A stretch of 64,000 nucleotides of DNA from assembly GCA_046483065.1 (NCBI GenBank), contig JAWODW010000089.1, positions 96,403 to 160,402 of the forward strand, given 5' to 3'. The DNA comes from Longimicrobiales bacterium. Its GTDB lineage: Bacteria; Gemmatimonadota; Gemmatimonadetes; Longimicrobiales; RSA9. The notes beneath the pieces were generated by a model. That model was not told the origin of the DNA and did no database searches. It was given only the letters and a program-made list of their open reading frames with translations. This document shows, piece after piece, positions 56,114-64,000 of the stretch; position 1 is the stretch's first letter, and each line of letters begins with the position of its first letter. The position numbers were made by a program, and so were the translations under genes.

Positions 56114-56449
56114 AGTGTCTGGCTGGTCAGGTTGGAAGGTCCGGGGACGACGCTGCCACGATTCGTGGGGCAGGCAGCGTGCCGGGCGAGACACGATTCG
56201 CCAACCGCGGAATCCGCGGAGGACGCGGGGGTGCGCGGAAGACCTGGAGGCGTACCGCCGGCGTTCCGGCTGAACCCAGGACGAGTGCATGGTTCGTGGG
56301 GGTGAGCCGGGAGGTTGGCGGCTATCGCGACGGACGCTTCCGCGGCCCATTCCGCGTCTTCCGCGCCTTCCGGTGTGAAGTCAGTTCCGAACCCGGCCCC
56401 ACCGCGAAGCCCAGGTCCCGCTGGAAACCCGGCTTCCACCGGCCACCAC

Positions 56450-56477
56450 TTAGATCTCAGTTCTTAGATCTTAGATC
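56450..56477 (-). repeat. Tandem heptamers (GATCTAA GATCTAA GAACTGA GATCTAA on the minus strand)
   Basis: Read directly. Same unit family as 26591-26646. Lies 22 nt downstream of the sufU stop. Confidence 0.85.
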
Positions 56478-56499
56478 CCGCTGACGGGGGCAGAGACGC

Positions 56500-56958
56500 T
56501 CAACCCGCCTGGTCCTTTACCGCCTCCTCAAAGGCGTTCCACCCCAACAGCGCGCACTTCACCCGCGTCGGGAACTGGCTCACGCCCTGGAGCGCACGGG
56601 CGTCCTTGAGCTCCTTGCTCTTCGCCGCGTCGGGGTCGCCGTGCATCATCTGCTTGAAGACCTCCCCGATCCGGCGGCCCTCCTCCACGGGCTGACCCTT
56701 CAGGATCTGGGTCATCATGGAGATCGACGACTGCGAGATCGAGCACCCCTCGCCCTCGAACGCCACGTCCTCCACCACGCCGTCCGCCACCTTCAGGTAC
56801 AGGTGGACCGCGTCCCCGCACGTGGGGTTGTTCATGGTCACGTCCACGGTGAAGTCGTCCAGCGACCCCTTGTTCCGCGGGCGCTTGTAGTGCTCCAGGA
56901 TGATGTCCTGGAAGAGGTCGCCCAGGTCGGGCGTGGAGCGGTCGATAGGCTCGTTCAC
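56500..56958 (-). CDS. sufU: SufU/IscU-like Fe-S scaffold / sulfur acceptor
   Basis: HYKRPRNKG, NPTCGD and GEGCSISQSS motifs. Confidence 0.9.
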   Translation of the reverse strand: MNEPIDRSTPDLGDLFQDIILEHYKRPRNKGSLDDFTVDVTMNNPTCGDAVHLYLKVADGVVEDVAFEGEGCSISQSSISMMTQILKGQPVEEGRRIGEVFKQMMHGDPDAAKSKELKDARALQGVSQFPTRVKCALLGWNAFEEAVKDQAG

Positions 56959-57262
56959 GGTCTTTCCCGTCTTTCTCCGTATGCCTGCTCAGCCAAGCGA
57001 CGACCCCGCCGCCGGACTCCGAGGATGACGCACGCTCGTCCCGCGCGCAATCCGCCGGTGGAGTGTAACCCCGATGGGCGGGATGTGGTCCGCGGGGTGG
57101 GGGTGCGGTGAGACCCTGACCGCCTGGCGCGACCCCCGAGCCGTGAGCCGGAAGTTCCCGTCGGAACGGGATGGCGAGGGTGCAATACAAAGGCGCTGTT
57201 GGTCTTCATCAGGGAAGAACCCGGGACACGGTCCACGGCAGCGGTCACGACCCGCGGCGCTT

Positions 57263-57297
57263 CTCCGCGTCTCCGCGCTCCTCCGCGCCTCCGCGCC
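57263..57297 (-). repeat. (GCGCGGAG)4-type array immediately 3' of the sufS stop (read on the minus strand)
   Basis: CTCCGCG occurs at 57263, 57271, 57281 and 57289 (spacing 8/10/8). The reverse complement aligns with 52255-52294. Confidence 0.9.
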
Positions 57298-57303
57298 TGC
57301 CCC

Positions 57304-58596
57304 CTACCGAAAGATCGCGGCAGCCTTCTCGAGCCCGGCCGCCAGCCGGTCGATGTCCTCGGTGGTGTTGTAGACCCAGCAGCTGGCCCGCGTGGTGGCG
57401 GGCACGCCCAGCCTTCGCATCAGCGGCTGCGTGCAGTGGTGCCCAGCGCGGACGGCCACGTGGACGGAGTCCAGGATCGTGGCCACGTCGTGGGGGTGCA
57501 CGCCTTCGAGCTTGAAGCTGAACACGGCGATCCGGGCGGTGGGGTCGGGTGGGCCGAACAGGGTGAGTCCCGGCACGGCCGACAGCTGCTCCAGCCCGTA
57601 GCTGACCAGCGCGCTCTCGTGGGACTCCACGGCGTCGCGGCCGAGCTCCCGGAGGAAGTCCACGGCTGCGGCCATGCCCACGGCGCCGGCCACGTTCGGG
57701 GTGCCGGCCTCGAACTTGTGGGGCAGCTCGGCCCAGGTGGAGTGGTCGTCCTCGACCTGGTCGATCATCTCGCCGCCGCCCTGGTACGGCGGCATGGCGT
57801 CGAGCAGCTCCTTCCGGGCCCAGAGGGCGCCGATCCCCATGGGTCCGCCCATCTTGTGGCCGGAGAGAGCGTAGAAGTCGCAGCCCAGGGTCTGGACGTC
57901 CACGGGGAGGTGCGGCGCGCCCTGGGCGCCGTCCACGAGCACGAGCGCACCCACGGCGTGGGCGAGCTCGGCGATTTCCGCCACGGGGTTGATGGTGCCC
58001 AGCGCGTTGGACGCGTGGTTGAGGGCCACCAGCTTCGTGCGGCTGCCCAGGAGCTCGTGGTACTGGTCGAGCTGGAGGCGGCCGTCGTCGTCTACGTCCA
58101 CGTACCGGAGGACCGCGCCCGTCCGCTGGGCCAGGAGCTGCCAGGGGACGATGTTCGAGTGGTGGTCCAGCCGGGTCAGGACGATCTCGTCGCCCTCGCC
58201 GATGTGCTCGCTGCCCCACGTGGCCGCCACCAGGTTGATCGATTCGGTGGTGCCCCGGGTCCAGACCACCTCGGCGGGGTCGGCGGCGTTCAGGAACGCG
58301 GCCACGGTGGAGCGGGCCGCCTCGAAGCGCTCCGTGGCCCGGCGGGAGAGGTCGTAGATCCCCCGGTGGACGTTGGCGTTCTCGGTGCGGTAGAAGTTCG
58401 AGACGGCCTCGATGACGCTCGCGGGGCGCTGGGCCGTGGCGGCGCTGTCCAGGTAGACCAGGCGGTCGCCGTCCTCGTAGCTGGTCAGGACCGGGAACTG
58501 CTCCCGGACCCGCTCCGGATCGAACGAAGAAGGGCCACGGTCGACGGCTTCCGCCGCGACGGTGGCCCCGTCCCCATGCTGCCGCGTGTTGCTCAT
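57304..58596 (-). CDS. sufS: Cysteine desulfurase SufS
   Basis: PLP-Lys context LSGHKMGGP and catalytic Cys context RAGHHCTQPL. Confidence 0.93.
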   Translation of the reverse strand: MSNTRQHGDGATVAAEAVDRGPSSFDPERVREQFPVLTSYEDGDRLVYLDSAATAQRPASVIEAVSNFYRTENANVHRGIYDLSRRATERFEAARSTVAAFLNAADPAEVVWTRGTTESINLVAATWGSEHIGEGDEIVLTRLDHHSNIVPWQLLAQRTGAVLRYVDVDDDGRLQLDQYHELLGSRTKLVALNHASNALGTINPVAEIAELAHAVGALVLVDGAQGAPHLPVDVQTLGCDFYALSGHKMGGPMGIGALWARKELLDAMPPYQGGGEMIDQVEDDHSTWAELPHKFEAGTPNVAGAVGMAAAVDFLRELGRDAVESHESALVSYGLEQLSAVPGLTLFGPPDPTARIAVFSFKLEGVHPHDVATILDSVHVAVRAGHHCTQPLMRRLGVPATTRASCWVYNTTEDIDRLAAGLEKAAAIFR

Positions 58597-58597
58597 G

Positions 58598-58915
58598 TCA
58601 CCCCAGGTCTACCAGGATCTCGCCGTCCTCCACCTTCACCTCGTAGGACGGTACGGGCCGGATCGCCGGCAGCGCAACGGCCTTCCCGGTCTTCACGTTG
58701 AATTTCGCGCCGTGGTAGATGCACTCGACGCGCTCGTCGTCATCCATCAGCTCGCCATCGCTGAGCGGATAGTCCTCGTGGGAGCACTGGTCCTTCAGCG
58801 CGTAGTATCCGCCGTCACCGGTGGTGATCAGCACGATCTTCTCGCCCTCGACCTCCAGGTCGAGAAGGCCCCGCTTCGGGACCTCGTCGATGTTCGCCGC
58901 CTTCACGAACGCCAT
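58598..58915 (-). CDS. Rieske [2Fe-2S] ferredoxin-like protein
   Basis: CSH...CIYH Rieske ligand motifs. The ATG shares one base with the sufD stop. Confidence 0.82.
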   Translation of the reverse strand: MAFVKAANIDEVPKRGLLDLEVEGEKIVLITTGDGGYYALKDQCSHEDYPLSDGELMDDDERVECIYHGAKFNVKTGKAVALPAIRPVPSYEVKVEDGEILVDLG

Positions 58916-60231
58916 CAGCGGATCTTGGCTTCGATGGCGGTCTTCAGCTCCGCCACCACGCCGGGCAGCGGGAGCCGGTCCAGGACCTCGCCGAAGAAGC
59001 CGAAGATCACCAGCCGCTCCGCCGATTCCCGGTCCAGGCCGCGGCTCATGAGGTAGAACAGCTCCTCCTCGTCGAGCTGACCCACGGTGGCGCCGTGGGA
59101 GCACTTCACGTCGTCGGCCTCGATCTCCAGGTTCGGCAGGCTGACCGCTTCCGCGTCCTCGCTCAGGAGGATGTTCCGGTTGGTCTGGTACGCGTCCGTC
59201 CGCTGCGCGCCGGGGAAGACCCGGATCACGCCCCGGAAGACGGTCTTGGCCCGGTCGTAGAGCGTGCCCTTGTAGAGCAGGTCGCTCTCGGCCTGCCCGC
59301 TCACGTGGTCCTGGCGGGTGTTGTGGTCGAAGTGCTGGCCGCCCCGGGCGAAGTAGAGCCCGAGCATGTCGCTCCGGGCGCCGGGCCCCTCGAGCCGGGC
59401 GTTCAGGTCCACGCGGGCCACGCTCGCGCCCAGGTTCACCACCAGCGTGTCGAGGTTCGCGTCGCGCTGCGCCAGCGTGCGCTGGTACGACAGGTGCCGG
59501 ACGCCGTGCCCCCACTGCTGCATGGCCACGTACTGGACGTCGGCGCCGTCGCCGGCGATGACCTCCACCGCGCCCAGCGAGAGCGTGGGCTCGTCGAAGT
59601 CGGGGCTGCCGAACTCGTCCACGTAGGCCACGTGGCTGTTGGCGCCCGCCACGAGGAGCGTGCGCGGGAAAACGGCCCGGCCGCTCTCCGGGAGCCAGCG
59701 GGCCACGCGGATCGGCTTCTCCACTACCACGCCGTCGGGCACGTGGACGAACAGCCCGCCCGTCCACAGCGCGCCGTTCAGCGCCGCCAGCTTGTCGTGG
59801 TCCATGGCCACGGCGGTGCCCAGGTGCCGGCGGACCAGCTCCGGGTGCTCGGCCGCGGCCTGCGCCAGCTCCATGATGATCACGCCCTGGTCGGCGACGG
59901 CCGGATCGACCTCCAGCTCCATCACCGAGGAGCCGACCACCAGCACCTTCGCGGCGGCCTCGCGGTCCTCGAGCAGCGCCCGGGCTTCCGCCGGAGGGCT
60001 GCCCTCGAAGGCCGCGGCGCGGGTCACGTCATCGAGCTTCAGCTGCTCGACGTCTGTGTAGCGCCACTCCTCCAGCTTCCGTGTGGGCAGCGGCAGCGAC
60101 TCGAAGGCGTCCCACGCCTCCGTGCGCAGCGCGGCCAGCCAGTCGGGCTGGGTCTCCAGCCCCGCGAGTGCTTCCTCTCTCTCGATATTCATCAGGCCCT
60201 TAATCTGTGGGGCCGTTGCGACATCAGCCAA
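58915..60231 (-). CDS. sufD: Fe-S cluster assembly protein SufD
   Basis: 438 aa between sufB and sufS. Beta-helix SufBD-like C-terminal half (…[12 protein letters not shown]…[15 protein letters not shown]). Confidence 0.88.
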   Translation of the reverse strand: MADVATAPQIKGLMNIEREEALAGLETQPDWLAALRTEAWDAFESLPLPTRKLEEWRYTDVEQLKLDDVTRAAAFEGSPPAEARALLEDREAAAKVLVVGSSVMELEVDPAVADQGVIIMELAQAAAEHPELVRRHLGTAVAMDHDKLAALNGALWTGGLFVHVPDGVVVEKPIRVARWLPESGRAVFPRTLLVAGANSHVAYVDEFGSPDFDEPTLSLGAVEVIAGDGADVQYVAMQQWGHGVRHLSYQRTLAQRDANLDTLVVNLGASVARVDLNARLEGPGARSDMLGLYFARGGQHFDHNTRQDHVSGQAESDLLYKGTLYDRAKTVFRGVIRVFPGAQRTDAYQTNRNILLSEDAEAVSLPNLEIEADDVKCSHGATVGQLDEEELFYLMSRGLDRESAERLVIFGFFGEVLDRLPLPGVVAELKTAIEAKIR

Positions 60232-61639
60232 CGGAGCCCTCCATCTCCAGATCGATGAGTCGGTTCAGCTCCACCGCGTACTCCAGCGGGAGCTCCTTCG
60301 AGATCGGCTCGATGAAGCCGCGCACGATCAGCGCCGCTGCCTCCTCCTCTGCGAGCCCGCGGCTCATGAGGTAGAAGAGCTGCTCCTCGCCGATCTTCGA
60401 GACGCTCGCCTCGTGGCCGATGCTCGCCGTGTTCTCCTCGATCTCGATGTACGGGAACGTGTCGGTCCGGCTCGTCTCGTTCAACAGCAACGCGTCGCAC
60501 TCCACGTTGCTCTTCGCGTTCTCCGCACCCTCGTAGACCTTGGCCAGCCCACGGTACGTGCTGTGGCCCGTGCCCACGCTGATGCTCTTCGAGATGATCT
60601 GCGAGCTCGTGTTCGGCGCCGCATGGACCACCTTCCCGCCCGTGTCCTGGTGCTGGCCGTCGCCCGCGTAGGCGATGCTCAGGATCGAGCCGTGGGCACC
60701 CTCGCCCGTCAGGTAACAGCTCGGGTACTTCATTGTGGCCTTCGAGCCGAGGTTCCCGTCGATCCACTCCATGTGGCCGTTCCGGCCGACCATGGCCCGC
60801 TGCGTGACCAGGTTGTACATGTTGTTCGACCAGTTCTGGATCGTTACGTACCGGAACCGGGCGTTGTCCTTCACCACGATCTCGATCACGCCGCTGTGGA
60901 AGCTCTCGGTGCTGTAGACCGGCGCCGTGCACCCCTCGATGTACTGGGCGTCGGCGCCCTCCTCCACGATGATCAGCGTACGCTCGAACTGGCCCATCCG
61001 CTCCTGGTTGACCCGGAAGTAGGCCTGCAGCGGCGTCTCCACCTTCACGCCCTTCGGGATGTAGACGAACGAGCCGCCCGACCAGACCGCCGAGTTCAGC
61101 GCGCTGAACTTGTTGTCCGCCGTGGGGATCACCGTGCTGAAGTGCTCGCGGAAGAGGTCGGGGTATTTCCGGAGCCCGTCCTCGATGCTCTCGAAGACGA
61201 TCCCCTTCTCTTCCCACTCCTTCTTCAGCGAGTGGTAGACCATCTCCGACTCGTACTGGGCGCCCACCCCCGCCAGCACCTTCTGCTCCGCCTCCGGGAT
61301 CCCGAGCCGCTCGAACGTGGTCTTGATGTTCTCCGGCACGTCGTCCCACGACCGCTCCATCTTCTCCTGCGGCCGGACGTAGTAGTAGATGCTGTCCAGC
61401 GTCTCATCGAGGCCGCTCAGGTCCGCGCCCCACGTGGGCATCGGCTTCCGGTTGTAGACCTCCAGCGCCTTCAGCCGGAAGTCCAGCATCCACTCCGGCT
61501 CGTCCTTGTTCTCGGAGATCTTCCGGACCACGTCCTCGCTGAGACCCGGCTCCGCACGGAAGACCGGACGGTCCTCCGTCTTGAAATCGTACTTGTAGTC
61601 CTCGAGTCCGAGGTCGGCTACGGTTTCGTCGTGGGGCAC
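60224..61639 (-). CDS. sufB: Fe-S cluster assembly protein SufB
   Basis: 471 aa with highly conserved SufB sequence (…[13 protein letters not shown]…CDALLL…HEASVSKI…FYLMSRGL). Confidence 0.95.
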   Translation of the reverse strand: MPHDETVADLGLEDYKYDFKTEDRPVFRAEPGLSEDVVRKISENKDEPEWMLDFRLKALEVYNRKPMPTWGADLSGLDETLDSIYYYVRPQEKMERSWDDVPENIKTTFERLGIPEAEQKVLAGVGAQYESEMVYHSLKKEWEEKGIVFESIEDGLRKYPDLFREHFSTVIPTADNKFSALNSAVWSGGSFVYIPKGVKVETPLQAYFRVNQERMGQFERTLIIVEEGADAQYIEGCTAPVYSTESFHSGVIEIVVKDNARFRYVTIQNWSNNMYNLVTQRAMVGRNGHMEWIDGNLGSKATMKYPSCYLTGEGAHGSILSIAYAGDGQHQDTGGKVVHAAPNTSSQIISKSISVGTGHSTYRGLAKVYEGAENAKSNVECDALLLNETSRTDTFPYIEIEENTASIGHEASVSKIGEEQLFYLMSRGLAEEEAAALIVRGFIEPISKELPLEYAVELNRLIDLEMEGSVG

Positions 61640-61725
61640 TGCGCCCTCCTGCCTTCAGTGTTTGCTTCCTGCTTCGTCTCTCTCGGTCCTGCGTTCGTCG
61701 CGGGATCAACGCCCCCACGACGAAA

Positions 61726-61878
61726 CTTGGTACTGGGGGTGGGGCTGGTATTGGGGGGGGCGCCCGGCCGACTTCGCGGCCCTTCCAACGCGCTGCCCGC
61801 CTTTCAGCCCCCCGGCGCCTTCAGCCCGCCGAGGCCCCTCCGTCGTTCCCCACCACCAGCCCCACTACCACTACCAAG
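61726..61878. repeat. Imperfect 31-nt inverted repeat (arms 61726-61756 and 61848-61878) in the sufC-sufB spacer
   Basis: CTTGGTACTGGGGGTGGGGCTGGTATTGGGG versus the reverse complement of the second arm, CTTGGTAGTGGTAGTGGGGCTGGTGGTGGGG. 26/31 match. Confidence 0.8.
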
Positions 61879-61935
61879 ATCGGCGCCCTGTCAGGCCAGG
61901 AGCGGTGGCCCGACCGATGAGCGGCGCCGATTGCG

Positions 61936-62718
61936 CTAGGCACCCGCCGCTGCGGCTGCTTCCTTTTCGCGCCACTCCTCGTATCCTTCCGCCTCCAGCC
62001 GCTCCGCCAGCTCCGGCCCGCCACTCTTCGCGATCCGACCGCCAATCATCACGTGCACGTGGTCGGGCTCGATGTAGTTCAGCAGACGCTGGTAGTGGGT
62101 GATCAGAAGAAAACCCATCTCGTCCGCGCGCTCGGCGTGGAGCTTGTTCACGCCCGCCGCTACCACCTGCAGCGCGTCGATGTCCAGCCCGGAGTCGGTC
62201 TCGTCCATCACCGCCAGCGTGGGCTCCAGCATGGCCAGCTGCAGAATCTCGTTGCGCTTCTTCTCACCGCCGCTGAACCCCTGGTTCACGCTCCGCTGCG
62301 CGAACGACGTGTCCATCTCCAGCAGCGCCATCCGGTCCATCAGCTTCTGCTGGAACTCGAAAAGGTCCACCTCCTCTTCGCCGGCCTTCGCCTGCACCGC
62401 CGTGCGCAGGAAGTTCGCGATGGAGACGCCGGGGATCTCCACAGGGTACTGGAACGCCAGGAACACGCCCGCCTGGGCACGCTCGTCCGCCTCCAGATCC
62501 AGCAAGTCCTCCCCCTGGAACTCCACGCTGCCCCGCGTCACCTCGTACGCCGGGTGGCCCGCCAACACCTTCGCCAGCGTGCTCTTGCCCGAGCCGTTCG
62601 GGCCCATGATCGCGTGGATCTTCCCCGCCTCGATCTCCAGGCTCACGCCCTTCAGGATCTCCGTCTCATCACCCTCCGCGACTCGCGCGTGAAGGTCCTC
62701 GATCTTCAAGATCGCCAT
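61936..62718 (-). CDS. sufC: Fe-S cluster assembly ATPase SufC
   Basis: MAILKIEDLH start, Walker A GPNGSGKST, ABC signature FSGGEKKR and Walker B LAVMDETDSGLD. Confidence 0.95.
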   Translation of the reverse strand: MAILKIEDLHARVAEGDETEILKGVSLEIEAGKIHAIMGPNGSGKSTLAKVLAGHPAYEVTRGSVEFQGEDLLDLEADERAQAGVFLAFQYPVEIPGVSIANFLRTAVQAKAGEEEVDLFEFQQKLMDRMALLEMDTSFAQRSVNQGFSGGEKKRNEILQLAMLEPTLAVMDETDSGLDIDALQVVAAGVNKLHAERADEMGFLLITHYQRLLNYIEPDHVHVMIGGRIAKSGGPELAERLEAEGYEEWREKEAAAAAGA

Positions 62719-62850
62719 GTGTCCACTGTCCGGTTCAATATCAGGGGCCGGTCCGTGCCCGACCCGTCGGAGCTCCCGCCCCACCGTTCGCGTCAATTCC
62801 CGTGCCCAGACAAAAATCAGCCCGCGGTGCCGACCGGCGGGCGCTGGGCC

Positions 62851-62867
62851 GAATCAAGAATGATTCT
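62851..62867. promoter_or_regulatory. AT-rich overlapping palindromes GAATCAAGAATGATTC / AGAATGATTCT in the sufC-patatin divergent region (Fur-box-like)
   Basis: Palindromes read directly. They lie 133-149 nt upstream of the sufC ATG. Regulator identity is inferred. Confidence 0.4.
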
Positions 62868-62953
62868 CGATCTCAACTATACCCCCGCCGCCCTCGGGAT
62901 GCAAGGGCCCGGGCTCCCTTTCTGGACCCCGCAGGCACCGCTACGTTCCGTTC

Positions 62954-63772
62954 ATGTCAGCGAACGGGCAGCGAGTCATTCTGGTACTGGGTGGCGGGGG
63001 CGTAAAGGGGGTTGCACACGCGGGGGCGTGGCGTGCCCTTGTGGAAGCGGGTGTGGAGGTGGCGGAGATCGTCGGCACGAGCATCGGCGCGTTGGTGGGT
63101 GCGAGCATTGCCGGCGGCACGAGTCCGGCGGCGCTGGGGGAGCAGGCGCGGTCGTTGAGCAAGGCGGACATCGTGGACATCAACCGGTGGGCGCTACTGC
63201 CCATGGGGATCCGCCAGCGGTCGATCTTCCGGGGTGAAGCGTTGCGGGAGTACATCGCCCGGGTGTTGCCGGAGACGGAATGGTCGCAGCTGTCGATCCC
63301 GTTGACGTTGAACGCGGTGGACCTGGAGACGGGCGACACCGTCTGGTTCGGTGCCGGCGGCCGCACCGACGTCCCATTGACGGAGGCGGTGTACGCCTCG
63401 GCGGCGCTCCCGGTCTTCTACCCGCCGGCGGAGCTGAACGGGATGCACCTGGTGGACGGCGGCGTCATGGACACGGTACCCATCACGAAGGCGTTGGACC
63501 GTGGTGCGGATCGGGTTATCGCGGTCCAGACGTCATCGGGTCGCGAGAAGGATGCGGCGGACACCATCGACAAGGGGATGGTGGCGATCCACCACCGGGT
63601 CATGGACATCATGGCCTACGCCCGTCGGGAAGTGGTGGAGGACAGCTGGCTCGGCCCGCCGATCCTGAAGGTGGAGCCGGACGTGGCCGGATACTCGACC
63701 TTCGATTTCGACGCGGTGGACCACTTCCTGGAGGAAGGGTACCGCGCCATGAAGGTGGCATTGCAGACGTGA
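62954..63772 (+). CDS. Patatin-like phospholipase
   Basis: GGGGVKG oxyanion motif, GTSIG nucleophile elbow and catalytic Asp in VDGGV. Confidence 0.9.
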   Translation: MSANGQRVILVLGGGGVKGVAHAGAWRALVEAGVEVAEIVGTSIGALVGASIAGGTSPAALGEQARSLSKADIVDINRWALLPMGIRQRSIFRGEALREYIARVLPETEWSQLSIPLTLNAVDLETGDTVWFGAGGRTDVPLTEAVYASAALPVFYPPAELNGMHLVDGGVMDTVPITKALDRGADRVIAVQTSSGREKDAADTIDKGMVAIHHRVMDIMAYARREVVEDSWLGPPILKVEPDVAGYSTFDFDAVDHFLEEGYRAMKVALQT

Positions 63773-63851
63773 TCGGGCCCGCCGGGAGGCGTGAGTGCAG
63801 CTGCTGCCCGTGAACCACCACTGAAGCGCGGTCCCGGCGGGCGCGGGCGCG

Positions 63852-64000
63852 TCAGCCCTGGGGTTCCATCTCCATCTCCATGGCGCCCGCCGTGTCGTCC
63901 GCAGCCCCGGCTTCAGGCCGTTCCATGTCCGGCGCGGGGCCGAGCTCTTCTTCGAGCCCCGCCACGTTGCGGAACCGGTCGAGCATCCCGTAGAGGACGT
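63852..64000 (-). CDS. 3' end of an unidentified CDS continuing beyond the window
   Basis: Open minus-strand frame ...VLYGMLDRFRNVAGLEEELGPAPDMERPEAGAADDTAGAMEMEMEPQG* ends at the TGA (63854-63852). No functional assignment is possible. Confidence 0.3.
   Translation of the reverse strand, partial: VLYGMLDRFRNVAGLEEELGPAPDMERPEAGAADDTAGAMEMEMEPQG

Noticed and set aside
52255-57297. Short tandem arrays considered as CRISPR
   Set aside because: The units are 7-11 nt with no unique spacers of CRISPR size, and no cas genes are present. They are simple tandem or dispersed repeats.
57199-63237. Plus-strand ORFs across the suf locus (57199-58701, 59095-60258, 60083-61939, 62053-63237)
   Set aside because: Antisense to sufS, sufD, sufB and sufC, all of which carry canonical motifs.

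Overview
High-G+C bacterial chromosomal segment, about two-thirds G+C by eye (not computed). I found no rRNA, tRNA or CRISPR array. Lipoprotein-rich content with CarboxypepD_reg, TPR and CsgG-like domains hints at a Gemmatimonadota-like organism, but that is a low-confidence inference. The window opens inside an IS21-family element (istA tail, istB, repeated terminal motifs), which abuts a visibly lower-G+C S1 protease gene that lacks a signal peptide. Housekeeping genes include gyrA, ATP-dependent pfk, a thiolase, a 7Fe-type ferredoxin, mscL and a suf operon (sufC, sufB, sufD, a Rieske gene, sufS, sufU) with two unusually long internal spacers. Many long ORFs in the six-frame track are antisense shadows typical of high-G+C DNA and were not called. 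Several starts were moved downstream of the track start using signal peptides, RBS motifs and start/stop overlaps. Main findings: (1) a tightly coupled operon of MBL hydrolase, exported caspase-DUF4384, CHASE2 class III cyclase, FecR-like/TPR protein and receiver-like/GAF/HD-GYP protein, with a divergent cNMP-binding SpoIIE/PP2C phosphatase; (2) a second exported caspase with an EF-hand loop, coupled to a CsgG/LpoB-like TPR lipoprotein, whose domain recurs at the head of an RCC1/Big_2 surface operon; (3) a five-gene sphingoid or capnoid lipid cluster (reductase, SPT-like synthase, GNAT acyltransferase, PAP2_3 transferase, CPBP protease); (4) a SelW/Rdx-family gene readable only if an in-frame TGA (CGLU motif) encodes selenocysteine; (5) several dispersed intergenic repeat families, an imperfect 31-nt inverted repeat inside the suf operon, and a Fur-box-like palindrome upstream of sufC.
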